Virus record (IMG/VR): IMGVR_UViG_3300011427_000007
Location: 1-36,177 of that record
Direction: 5' to 3' (one strand)
Source: a virus
Taxonomy: Duplodnaviria; Caudoviricetes
DNA: 36,177 bases
Below, piece by piece: positions 6,805 to 15,237 of this stretch. The position numbers and the translations under genes were made by a program. Positions within the stretch are counted from its first letter, which is position 1. Each line of letters starts with the position of its first letter. Under the pieces are notes generated by a model. That model was not told the origin of the DNA. It searched no databases and saw nothing but the letters and a program-made list of their open reading frames with translations.

Positions 6805-8203
6805 ACACGAGTTTTTAATATACTGCGAGCTATACAAAAGAAAAGAATTCGATAAAATCCCAATAGGGGCCTACGATAATGGTGTCAGGTATTACATGAC
6901 ACCTAAGCAGATAGCAATTTGTGAATTAATATCAGATGATCATACTATTGAAGCAGGATATGGCGGATCAGCCCGGAGCGGTAAAACTCAAATAGAGTCA
7001 GTTATTATAATTTTTGAGTCTTTCTGCTACCCTGGTATTGCCTGGGGTTTGTGTAGAAAAGAGCTAGTAATATTAAAAAAGACAGTTCTAATTACTTTCC
7101 AAAGGCAATTGTCTTTTTATGGCATAACAGACAAAGATTATACTTTTGACGGCGAACTCAATATGTATAATTTTAATATGGGATCCGCCGTTTTTTTGAT
7201 CAATACTGAATTTAAACCCTCCGACAATTTAAACACACGCTTTGGTAGTTTCGAGTTAACCAGGGTTGCTATAGATGAAAGCAACGAAGCAAATGTCACC
7301 GTTGTACACAAATTGTTCGAACGGACGGGCTGGAGGTGTAATGATAAATATGGCTTGAAACGTAAAGTTTTGGAGTGTTTTAACCCGGCTAAAAACCACG
7401 TTTATACAAGATACTACAAACCGTATAGAGATAAAAAGGAAAGTGATCAGCGCCGTTTTGTGCCCGCGCTACCTTCAGATAACCCAAACCCAGCCGTCAA
7501 AGAATGGATCGACGACCTTTTAAAAAGTGACACCGATAAAACCACAATTCAAAGACAGGTGTATGGTAATTTCGAGTATGACGACGATCCGAGCGCTTTA
7601 GTGGATTATGACGCGATCTGCGATATGTTTACTAATTCGCATGTTCAACCAGGTGCAAAGAAGATAAGTTCTGATCTTGCTATGCAAGGCCGGGATCGGT
7701 TTTTAGCTGTGTACTGGAGTGGCTTGATAGGTTCTTTTGAATTGGACAAAGAGAAAGCAGATGGTAAAAGCATCGAAACTGATTTGACAAAGCTTAAAAC
7801 TGACAAAGGTGTGCCAAATTCTAAAATGATAGCAGACGCTGACGGGCTTGGAAATTATTTATCAGGGTACATACAAAGCATGGTGGAGTTCAGGGGCGGA
7901 TCCCGGGCTAAAGATCCGGACAAATATGATAATTTAAAATCAGAATGCGCCTGGACCTTGGCAAAAGCCATAAATGACAGATCTGTTTTAATATTGTGTA
8001 CGGAGGCCCAGCAAGAAAAGATAAAAGAAGAATTATCGATCTGTTTAAAAAGGGCCAATTTAGACAGCGATACCCAAAAAAGAAAACTAATATCTAAAGA
8101 AGTTATGAAACAATTGTTAGGTAGATCCCCTGACTACTTAGATGTTCTGCTAATGGGCATGTATGAAGGAAAAAAAGAACGCAAAGGACAAAGCGCCCTT
8201 TAG
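6797..8203 (+). CDS. terL: Terminase large subunit
   Basis: Walker A YGGSARSGKT, Walker B VAIDES, coupling motif CFNP, nuclease DLAMQGRD and GRSPDYLD. Confidence 0.93.
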   Translation: MNRHEFLIYCELYKRKEFDKIPIGAYDNGVRYYMTPKQIAICELISDDHTIEAGYGGSARSGKTQIESVIIIFESFCYPGIAWGLCRKELVILKKTVLITFQRQLSFYGITDKDYTFDGELNMYNFNMGSAVFLINTEFKPSDNLNTRFGSFELTRVAIDESNEANVTVVHKLFERTGWRCNDKYGLKRKVLECFNPAKNHVYTRYYKPYRDKKESDQRRFVPALPSDNPNPAVKEWIDDLLKSDTDKTTIQRQVYGNFEYDDDPSALVDYDAICDMFTNSHVQPGAKKISSDLAMQGRDRFLAVYWSGLIGSFELDKEKADGKSIETDLTKLKTDKGVPNSKMIADADGLGNYLSGYIQSMVEFRGGSRAKDPDKYDNLKSECAWTLAKAINDRSVLILCTEAQQEKIKEELSICLKRANLDSDTQKRKLISKEVMKQLLGRSPDYLDVLLMGMYEGKKERKGQSAL

Positions 8204-8231
8204 TTAAATATTGTTAAATAAATGATAAATA

Positions 8232-8263
8232 TTTGGTAGATTAGAAAAACATGTTTATCTTTG
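8232..8263 (+). promoter_or_regulatory. Bacteroidota sigma70-type promoter TTTG-N20-TATCTTTG
   Basis: TTTG at 8232-8235 and TATCTTTG at 8256-8263; ATG at 8285. Confidence 0.75.
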
Positions 8264-8284
8264 GTGGACAAACTTTAAAAATAT

Positions 8285-8497
8285 ATGGAGATGAAAAATA
8301 GTAATATTTGTACTGCTTCAGGTTGCAAGTGTCAATTTAATTATAAAGTCCAAAGAAATTGGGGTGTGGTTGATATAGTTGGATTCTGCGATGAACACGC
8401 CCCACAATGGTTGAAAAATTTAAAGATAAACCAAAATTCAGAAGTTAAAACAATTTTGGGGTTTACAGGGAGCCCCTATAAAAGGGTAAGTTTATGA
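8285..8497 (+). CDS. Small Cys/His-containing hypothetical protein
   Basis: CTASGCKC...FCDEH; lies downstream of a promoter. Confidence 0.6.
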   Translation: MEMKNSNICTASGCKCQFNYKVQRNWGVVDIVGFCDEHAPQWLKNLKINQNSEVKTILGFTGSPYKRVSL

Positions 8498-8687
8498 AAA
8501 CACTTATTAAATATTTGAAAAAAAGGGATCGGTTTCGTTTTAACGATACTATTTATGTTGTAAGGCAAAAGTTCTCAGATTGGAAAAAGACGACAACCCC
8601 TATTTAAAAACAGAATGCAATCAAGTTTTTTGGTACGATGAATTAGAAGTGAAATTTATCTCGCAATTGGATCCTGAATGGATATAA
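8494..8687 (+). CDS. Small hypothetical protein split by a -1 frameshift at the A5 run 8584-8588
   Basis: MKTLIKYLKKRDRFRFNDTIYVVRQKFSDWKK, then the -1 frame DDNPYLKTECNQVFWYDELEVKFISQLDPEWI*. Confidence 0.5.
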
Positions 8688-8705
8688 AACTAGTATAAAA
8701 GCAAA

Positions 8706-8879
8706 ATGGAAAACAAAGGAATTAAGCAGTATGGAGACGGTGTAAAATTAGCCGTAAAAGCTACAGAGCAAACAAGGAATATATTTGTATCAAACGCCAA
8801 AGCGTTGACAAAAAGCGCAAGTATCATAAAAAAGGCTGTTGATCGATGCCTTAAAAATTCTAGAGATACTTGGAAGTAA
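8706..8879 (+). CDS. Hypothetical protein (57 aa)
   Basis: MENKGIKQYGDGVKLAVK...DTWK*; fits the operon packing. Confidence 0.5.
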   Translation: MENKGIKQYGDGVKLAVKATEQTRNIFVSNAKALTKSASIIKKAVDRCLKNSRDTWK

Positions 8880-9433
8880 AAATAAAAAATATTTCCTTTA
8901 GGCAATACGTTGCATTAGAAGATCGGACGCTTTATGATTTCTATTTAGAGTATGGCAAAATAGAGCCCAGGGACATTTTTAAGCTGGGTTCATTCATGGA
9001 CAAAACTTTTGGATTCGTAAAGGACATTCAATTTTATTTTGTTTATGATAAAAAGGGTTTTACCTGGTCTGCCTTCTTTGAAGAAATGGTAAAAGAGACC
9101 GGCTTAACAATGTTGGAATTGACAGATCGATCTATATTTGAGTTGAACGCTTGTATGCTTTACATAAAAGACCAAATCGAAACAATAAACAACATTGAAA
9201 GCGATTATTTAGGGCACGCCCCGACGCCTGAACAAAAGGCGGCTAATATTGATAGGTTCAATAGCTATGGCCCTTTTCTGCAATTTGATGCTTTGGCAGG
9301 TGGGGACCTGCTAAGGATTGATGAAATTAAAAAAGTGCCTTATAGCGTCTGTTTTACTAAATTGAAACTGGAGGCAGACCGGGCGGAGTTTCAAAACGAC
9401 TACAATAAAATATTCAATGACAAAACTATTTGA
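8870..9433 (+). CDS. Conserved phage protein, possible tail assembly chaperone
   Basis: C-terminal EQKAANIDRFNSYG...DALAGGDLLRIDEI...Y...F..L resembles proteins I recall from Bacteroidota phage tail regions. Function inferred. Confidence 0.55.
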   Translation: MEVKIKNISFRQYVALEDRTLYDFYLEYGKIEPRDIFKLGSFMDKTFGFVKDIQFYFVYDKKGFTWSAFFEEMVKETGLTMLELTDRSIFELNACMLYIKDQIETINNIESDYLGHAPTPEQKAANIDRFNSYGPFLQFDALAGGDLLRIDEIKKVPYSVCFTKLKLEADRAEFQNDYNKIFNDKTI

Positions 9434-9608
9434 AAAAATAAAACTGTTGGAGATCCCGGGGTACGCCCCTTTTTGCGATAATCCTAAATGTGGTGAGCGC
9501 CCACGGACTAAGCTAGTTAAAAATGATTTTGTTTGCCCTTATTGCTGGAAAGGGCTTGGTTTTAATTTATCTTTTATACTAATTTATAAAAAAATATGGA
9601 AAATTTAA
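9417..9608 (+). CDS. Small zinc-finger protein
   Basis: CDNPKC...CPYC. Confidence 0.55.
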   Translation: MTKLFEKIKLLEIPGYAPFCDNPKCGERPRTKLVKNDFVCPYCWKGLGFNLSFILIYKKIWKI

Positions 9609-9784
9609 ACGAAGGTCTAAAACGTGAAATACAAAATGCTAAAACGGCTAAGGACTCCCAGGCAAACAAAAAGATCGCGGAGGTCATCGCAACCGATATA
9701 AAAGAAGCAGAACAAGCCTTGTTAACTTGCGATGTTGTTAAAATGATAAAATGTTATGATTCATTAAAAACGTGGACTGTATGA
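9596..9784 (+). CDS. Hypothetical protein
   Basis: ORF packed between neighbouring genes with overlaps. Confidence 0.6.
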   Translation: MENLNEGLKREIQNAKTAKDSQANKKIAEVIATDIKEAEQALLTCDVVKMIKCYDSLKTWTV

Positions 9785-10113
9785 GTAGAGTAAAAATTTA
9801 TTTGTTTGGTAAAATTAGCGGCGTTCCTTTGGAGGAGGCCATTAAAAAATTTGATCACTATGAATTTATGCTTCGGGTAAACGGTTTCGAAGTTGTAAAC
9901 CCTTTGACAATTAACGAAGTGAGAGAGGGCAAAACTTGGATTGACTACATGAAAACTGACATATTGGAGCTATTCCAATGCAAAGCTATTTACATGATCA
10001 AAGATTGGCAGCAAAGCGTAGGGGCTCAGATTGAATATGAGATAGCAAAGAACTTAGGTTTACAAATAATTGACGAGAATGATACAAAGAATAGTTTTTT
10101 TCATCGGGGTTAG
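9781..10113 (+). CDS. DUF4406-family (nucleoside 2-deoxyribosyltransferase-like) protein
   Basis: KIYLFGKISG...GFEVVNP...W.DYMKTDI..L..C.AIYM..DWQQS.GA.IEY.IA..LGL. Confidence 0.85.
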   Translation: MSRVKIYLFGKISGVPLEEAIKKFDHYEFMLRVNGFEVVNPLTINEVREGKTWIDYMKTDILELFQCKAIYMIKDWQQSVGAQIEYEIAKNLGLQIIDENDTKNSFFHRG

Positions 10114-10354
10114 CTACATGCTGACTATTGGCTATGTCTTCAGGCGATCTGAGTTTGTCAGGTGGATTCACCATTCGATCTTTTACAGGAGACAAATAAA
10201 AAAATTCAAACAAAACTTAGCTTTACTGAGCCCGGCGCAAAGAACTTTAGCACTGGTGGAATGGCTTGACAAAGACTTTTGGTTTAAAAAATATTGGTTT
10301 GGAAGGAAAACGGAAAAAATAGTTATCAAAGAATTAGAAAAACTGCAAAATTAG
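10070..10354 (+). CDS. Hypothetical protein with an N-terminal hydrophobic segment
   Basis: ORF track; ends just before the promoter at 10358. Confidence 0.55.
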   Translation: MTRMIQRIVFFIGVSYMLTIGYVFRRSEFVRWIHHSIFYRRQIKKFKQNLALLSPAQRTLALVEWLDKDFWFKKYWFGRKTEKIVIKELEKLQN

Positions 10355-10357
10355 TTT

Positions 10358-10448
10358 TATATTTGTAGTCTCCATAAAGTAATTACAGTATATTGGTTTA
10401 GGTTTGTGTTAGGCCCCTTAGATTTATTCTCGGGGGCTTTTTGTTTTT
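10358..10448 (+). ncRNA. Candidate small RNA of about 75 nt (own -7 promoter plus terminator)
   Basis: TATATTTG at 10358-10365, no ORF, and a GC hairpin at 10411-10439 followed by a T run. Confidence 0.4.
10411..10448 (+). terminator. Rho-independent terminator
   Basis: AGGCCCCTTAGA...TCTCGGGGGCTT followed by TTTGTTTTT. Confidence 0.7.
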
Positions 10449-10460
10449 ATGGATTTAATT

Positions 10461-10472
10461 ACATAATTTTGT
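10461..10472 (+). promoter_or_regulatory. Putative late promoter ACATAATTTTGT
   Basis: Contains TAnnTTTG; an identical 12-mer occurs at 17504-17515. Confidence 0.55.
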
Positions 10473-10475
10473 TAC

Positions 10476-10916
10476 ATGGATCAATTTGACATCATAGGGG
10501 CTTTAGAAAGTTACGCAACTGCAAACAACTGGATCTTTGCTTATGGGGTTGACAACTTCTATAAAAGTGCTGAAACAATCCAGCAACACGATCCAGGCAA
10601 ATTGATTTTTATTGTAGACTTTCGGGCAACACCCACGATCAAAAATGGCAGGGTTACAACAATATCCTACACTTGTTTATTGATGTTAGGACGTAAATTT
10701 GATCCGGACGGTTTGGCCTCAACGCTTGACGAAACAAGCATACAGAAGTATGATCGCCGGTTAAAAGAACTTATGCAACTTTTGGCCGCGGCAATTGCAA
10801 CGGTGGCTTGTGATAATAGCTTAGAAGTTGATCCCGGTGAAATAGTAGTTAACATAAATCAGTTTGCCGAAAATATTGATTTTGCTTCGGCTCCGGGTGT
10901 AATTTTTATACAATGA
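10476..10916 (+). CDS. Putative tail terminator/completion protein
   Basis: Size and position at the start of the tail module. Confidence 0.5.
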   Translation: MDQFDIIGALESYATANNWIFAYGVDNFYKSAETIQQHDPGKLIFIVDFRATPTIKNGRVTTISYTCLLMLGRKFDPDGLASTLDETSIQKYDRRLKELMQLLAAAIATVACDNSLEVDPGEIVVNINQFAENIDFASAPGVIFIQ

Positions 10917-11383
10917 ACGAAGTGATTTATAAATGGTTGCAAAGTGTAAGGGTTGCACTAATTACTAATTATGATAAACTGGGATTGCGGGCGTCTGGTA
11001 AGTGGGTAAAGACTTTGCAGCCATTCAATACCAGAAAAAACAATAAAATAAACCTGGGCATACTTGGACAGGATTATACTTTTTGGCTCGAGAATGGCAG
11101 ACGTAAGAATCAGGATCAAACGCCTGAAGGTTTAAAAGCTTGGGTAGGCTGGGCCGGTTCAACGTTTTTAAAACAGTGGGTACAAGATAAACAAATAGAT
11201 TTAAACCCTTACGCAGTCGCATGGAGTATAGCACGCAAAGGCTGGATGGTTCCAAACCAAAATAACGCCGGGGGTTTGGTTAGTGACATATTCACAAAAG
11301 CCAAGATTCAGGAATTGAATAAGGACTTATTAACAGCAATAATTTCAGATTTTAAAAGTCAGGTTATAAAGAATGTCAATTAG
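10913..11383 (+). CDS. Putative neck/tail completion protein (HK97 gp10-like)
   Basis: GLRASG...Y..WLENGR...WVQDK....YAVA.SIARKG pattern. Confidence 0.6.
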   Translation: MNEVIYKWLQSVRVALITNYDKLGLRASGKWVKTLQPFNTRKNNKINLGILGQDYTFWLENGRRKNQDQTPEGLKAWVGWAGSTFLKQWVQDKQIDLNPYAVAWSIARKGWMVPNQNNAGGLVSDIFTKAKIQELNKDLLTAIISDFKSQVIKNVN

Positions 11384-11990
11384 CGCAATTACAATAGAAC
11401 AAGATAACGTGACCGGAGGTGCTAATTTATTAGCGGCCCAAAGCCCACTTTCTTTTATCGCAAATGTCAACTACGACGGTTTGACGCCTGACCGTGTCAA
11501 TGTGGAATTGCGAAACATAAACGGCGATGTTCTGGACACCTACGCGGCGATCCCATACCGGGACACCCTGGACACGCAAAGGCAATTTATATTTTTGGCT
11601 GATCAACCGGTCCGGGCTTTGCTTGGTACTTTCGACGAATTTGTGCAGGGTTTAAACACCCTTCAGTATGTAAATGGGTTGACCAAACAAATGTATATTA
11701 GGTTTGTGGATCCGGGTAACGCAAGTGTTTATGGTGAGGTTTTAATTGACTTTGCCCACGTTGCAAAGCAATTTGGTGAAAGCCCGTGTTTAGAGGCCCT
11801 TTTTAATAACGAAACAGATGTTTACTTTACAGAGAAAAACGGATTTGTTTATCTATATTTTTATAATGCTAACGAAGCCAATGAAGTAGGCGTGGACATT
11901 CCACCCGTTGCAGACAATTTGGCTTTGGATTTTGATGACACAATTTTTGCAGATTTCGACGATACAGAATTTTCAATACTAAGTTTATGA
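11373..11990 (+). CDS. Tail/baseplate structural protein (probable N-terminal half of a split gene)
   Basis: Position in the tail module; beta-rich; acidic C-terminal DFDD repeat. Confidence 0.55.
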   Translation: MSISAITIEQDNVTGGANLLAAQSPLSFIANVNYDGLTPDRVNVELRNINGDVLDTYAAIPYRDTLDTQRQFIFLADQPVRALLGTFDEFVQGLNTLQYVNGLTKQMYIRFVDPGNASVYGEVLIDFAHVAKQFGESPCLEALFNNETDVYFTEKNGFVYLYFYNANEANEVGVDIPPVADNLALDFDDTIFADFDDTEFSILSL

Positions 11991-12538
11991 GTACGAGACT
12001 TTTTGAACAAACAACAAACAGCAACCCGGATCCAAGTTACCGGATCGCTTTTGGTAAAGCAGCGGTCAATACGCTAAACATGACTTTTACCAACTTCTTT
12101 GCTTTTTTGCGGGTGCAGTTGGGCGCAAGTGAAAGCGCTAAAGGGGTTTTACAGCTTGCAACTCAAACGGAGGTAAACACGGGAACGGATGACACCAAAG
12201 CGGTAACGCCTTTGAAGCTTGCCAATGCAAACACCGGAGTTAGGCAAAAGGTAATAGATATTGGTGACTGGAATATGGATACAACCGCAACGCCAGCTGG
12301 TATTGCACACGGTTTAGACTGGACAAAGATCCGGGGGATCAATGTGTTGATACGTACGGACGCAATTGGGTTTCCAAGGGCGGTGCCCTTGTTGGCCCAG
12401 GATTCATCTCCAAACGCCATATTTTTTAACGAGACCGTTGTAGTATTAACAAGGCAGACAGGGGGCGTCTTTGACGAAGTGAGTTACAGTACAACCTTTT
12501 ATAACAGAGGGTGGATTATTATAGATTACATACCTTAA
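11987..12538 (+). CDS. Short tail fibre protein
   Basis: Fibre repeat ASESAKGVLQLATQTEVNTGTDDTKAVTPLKL. Confidence 0.75.
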   Translation: MSTRLFEQTTNSNPDPSYRIAFGKAAVNTLNMTFTNFFAFLRVQLGASESAKGVLQLATQTEVNTGTDDTKAVTPLKLANANTGVRQKVIDIGDWNMDTTATPAGIAHGLDWTKIRGINVLIRTDAIGFPRAVPLLAQDSSPNAIFFNETVVVLTRQTGGVFDEVSYSTTFYNRGWIIIDYIP

Positions 12539-12550
12539 AATCAAACGAAA

Positions 12551-12991
12551 ATGAAAAAGATTATTGGATTTTTAATTATTATTATTTTCCTTTTTGCAGC
12601 TTGCCAGAAGGATGAAGTATTACAACCTGACAAAGTTGTAAACGTGGAACTTTATGGAGCCTACAACGGAACTTTCAAAACATCGGGGAGCTATCAAGCC
12701 GGAGATCTTAAAGTGCAGTTTTATGATAAGGATACTTTGAATTATCTGGTCAACGTCAATGTTAATGGGTTGGATCATTTTACAAAAGTGCAAACCATTT
12801 TAGATTTAAACTTTGTAGGCCGGATCTACTTTAACGCTTTCAGAGTCAATCAAAATGACGTTGTTAAGATATCGGTTAAGAATGTAAACGACACGTATAA
12901 TTCATACGTAGTTATGAATATCTTTGATAACCCATATACGAAAACCAGACTAGAGTTAAAACAGCAATTTACCGAATTTATAATCAAATAA
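12551..12991 (+). CDS. Lipoprotein
   Basis: SpII signal MKKIIGFLIIIIFLFAA-C followed by QKDE. Confidence 0.8.
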   Translation: MKKIIGFLIIIIFLFAACQKDEVLQPDKVVNVELYGAYNGTFKTSGSYQAGDLKVQFYDKDTLNYLVNVNVNGLDHFTKVQTILDLNFVGRIYFNAFRVNQNDVVKISVKNVNDTYNSYVVMNIFDNPYTKTRLELKQQFTEFIIK

Positions 12992-13516
12992 ATGTCTCAG
13001 ATAGGATTTTACAGGTATAAGACATCGACCGCAATTAATAAAACGTATCACTGGATCGTCAATAACGTTGAGGTGGGATCAAAGGACGTGCAAGTTTTAG
13101 ACACGTGCCCGGGTGATCTTATATTGAAATATTTGGATAAAAACGGACAGTATCGTTTTTATCCATTTTCTAAATTTTACGAAACTACAGACAACCCGCA
13201 AAAGATAGGATCCGTAAATAAGTTTTTGGTGTCCTTGCTTTCTGATCAAAGCGAAAAACGCAACGTGGGATATAAGAACACCAGGCAGATAGGCGCAACG
13301 GCGGAGGTTAACAATGATCAACTAGAAAAATTAAAAGACATTTATACAAGCCCCCGCGTTTATCTGTATGTCGGATCAGGAAATGACGCTAAAACGGACT
13401 GGCTCGAGGTTGAAATAACAGCAGCCCCGGCTATTGTTAAACGAAGGAAAGCAAATTCCGGGTACATTGCCATAAACATAAACCTACCTGAAAACTATTC
13501 TATAACTATGTTGTAA
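12992..13516 (+). CDS. Tail protein (distal tail-like; probable C-terminal half of a split gene)
   Basis: LKYLDKNGQYRFYPF...DIYTSPRVYLY resembles the C-terminal domain I recall in Bacteroidota phage tail proteins. Confidence 0.55.
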   Translation: MSQIGFYRYKTSTAINKTYHWIVNNVEVGSKDVQVLDTCPGDLILKYLDKNGQYRFYPFSKFYETTDNPQKIGSVNKFLVSLLSDQSEKRNVGYKNTRQIGATAEVNNDQLEKLKDIYTSPRVYLYVGSGNDAKTDWLEVEITAAPAIVKRRKANSGYIAININLPENYSITML

Positions 13517-15228
13517 TGAGACTTTTACGAATCAATGACACCGATATCGATATTGATGATCAAACCGCGATCGGCGTTGATTTGCAGAGTTATGATATAA
13601 AATCCTTAGGCGACACTTTTGTAAAGGTTACAAATACATTTACCGTCCCTGCAACTATAAACAATCTAGTTGTTTTTGGTCTGCCAAACAACCCCCAAAG
13701 CCTCAGTACAAAAGTTTATGACGAATCAGTCTGTAACTATTGGGTGGGCAACGATCATATTGTTGATAATGGCAAAGTTAGTGTTCAGGAAATACAGGAT
13801 CGGATAAGCTTGTTTGTATACGAAAAACCTTCTATTTGGGATATTCTAAAAACGGTTTACTTTTCAGATATCTTGCCTGATCTTATAACTTGGTTAGGGG
13901 CAAATAAAGGACTCTACACCGGCCCAGGCACTCATTTTGTGGGTACGTTTTTGGCTTTTATAAACCAGTTTATCAACCCCACCGAAGGCGTGATCCTTCC
14001 AATGGCCTGGAGCAACCTTAGAGAGCGAAAGATCACAGTGGGCGCAGGGGGCTTGGTCGAAATAGAGAGGTTTATTACAACGCAATACAATATCTATTTA
14101 CGAAATAAATACGTTGATACTTTTGAAAATAGTAAAGTCATTGACTCATATGGGGGGCACTTCTGTATTTATGTAAAAACTATTTTTGAATTCATTGAAG
14201 ACACATACGGAGTTAACTTTTTAACCGGTGGGGGCGTTTTGCCTGGCAACATCTGGGATGATCCGATCGCCAAAAGAATGTACACAGACGTCAAAGAAGT
14301 AGCTATAAACGTGACATTTTCAGGATTGTATGACATTTACTTTTTTGCAGCTCAAACCCAGCCCACAACAGCCAATAATTTCGAACCATATGTTGAAATA
14401 AAAGACAAAGCAGATAAAAGCTTGTATGACTTTGTTTTATCCTTTATGCAACACTTTAATATTATAAAGGATGAATTTATAATTGAAGGTGAAAAGGTTA
14501 TTAGATTAGCCCGTTTCGACGATCTTGAAACAATTGGATCAGTTAAAGACTTTTCAGGGTTGGCTGGGATCCCAAAATACAAACCGTTTGTTGATGGGTA
14601 TGCCCAAAACAACTATATTAAGTTTAAAGAGGTTTACGATACCGGAGACAGCAATATAAATAGTAAGGTTTTAGCCTTAAATAATAAGAACATTGATAAG
14701 GTTAAAACCTTATTTGAAATAGACGCCCACGTCCCGGCTGTAATAAAACAAGGGGTGGATTCTATTTTGGATCTATCTAAAAAAGAGGCTTTTAAAACTT
14801 TTACTTTCATGGTATCCAACGGGCTTTGTTCTTATGATACCTTTGTTACGTATTATATAGCGGGCGTTGTAACAGGGGCAGGTGTTGCCGTTCGATTACA
14901 AAAAGCGCAATTGTATTCTTTAGACAGTGAATATAACTTTTTGGCGGGCGCTTTAGTATATCCAAAATGGTATGAAGTACAGAAATGGTTAACCCCTCCA
15001 CAGGTTAAGAATTTTGAATTTTTTAAACTATATTATTTTCGTGAGCTAAACGGATCGTTTTTCATCAATAAGATAAAAGGGTACAACCCGGAATTATCAA
15101 ATGAATCAGTTACGCTGGAAATTTTGAGAATGTCAGATCGTACACCGGTAACGCCCCCAGATCTTGATTATTGGGTAGATGGTGTGGATGATTCGTGGTT
15201 TGATGGTGTTTTTGATTATTGGTATTAA
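13516..15228 (+). CDS. Tail tip/baseplate hub protein
   Basis: 570 aa; N-terminal 'L.IN...ID...TNTFTVPAT.NN..VFG' pattern; adjacent to the tape measure gene. Confidence 0.65.
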   Translation: MRLLRINDTDIDIDDQTAIGVDLQSYDIKSLGDTFVKVTNTFTVPATINNLVVFGLPNNPQSLSTKVYDESVCNYWVGNDHIVDNGKVSVQEIQDRISLFVYEKPSIWDILKTVYFSDILPDLITWLGANKGLYTGPGTHFVGTFLAFINQFINPTEGVILPMAWSNLRERKITVGAGGLVEIERFITTQYNIYLRNKYVDTFENSKVIDSYGGHFCIYVKTIFEFIEDTYGVNFLTGGGVLPGNIWDDPIAKRMYTDVKEVAINVTFSGLYDIYFFAAQTQPTTANNFEPYVEIKDKADKSLYDFVLSFMQHFNIIKDEFIIEGEKVIRLARFDDLETIGSVKDFSGLAGIPKYKPFVDGYAQNNYIKFKEVYDTGDSNINSKVLALNNKNIDKVKTLFEIDAHVPAVIKQGVDSILDLSKKEAFKTFTFMVSNGLCSYDTFVTYYIAGVVTGAGVAVRLQKAQLYSLDSEYNFLAGALVYPKWYEVQKWLTPPQVKNFEFFKLYYFRELNGSFFINKIKGYNPELSNESVTLEILRMSDRTPVTPPDLDYWVDGVDDSWFDGVFDYWY

Positions 15229-15237
15229 ATTTAGAGT

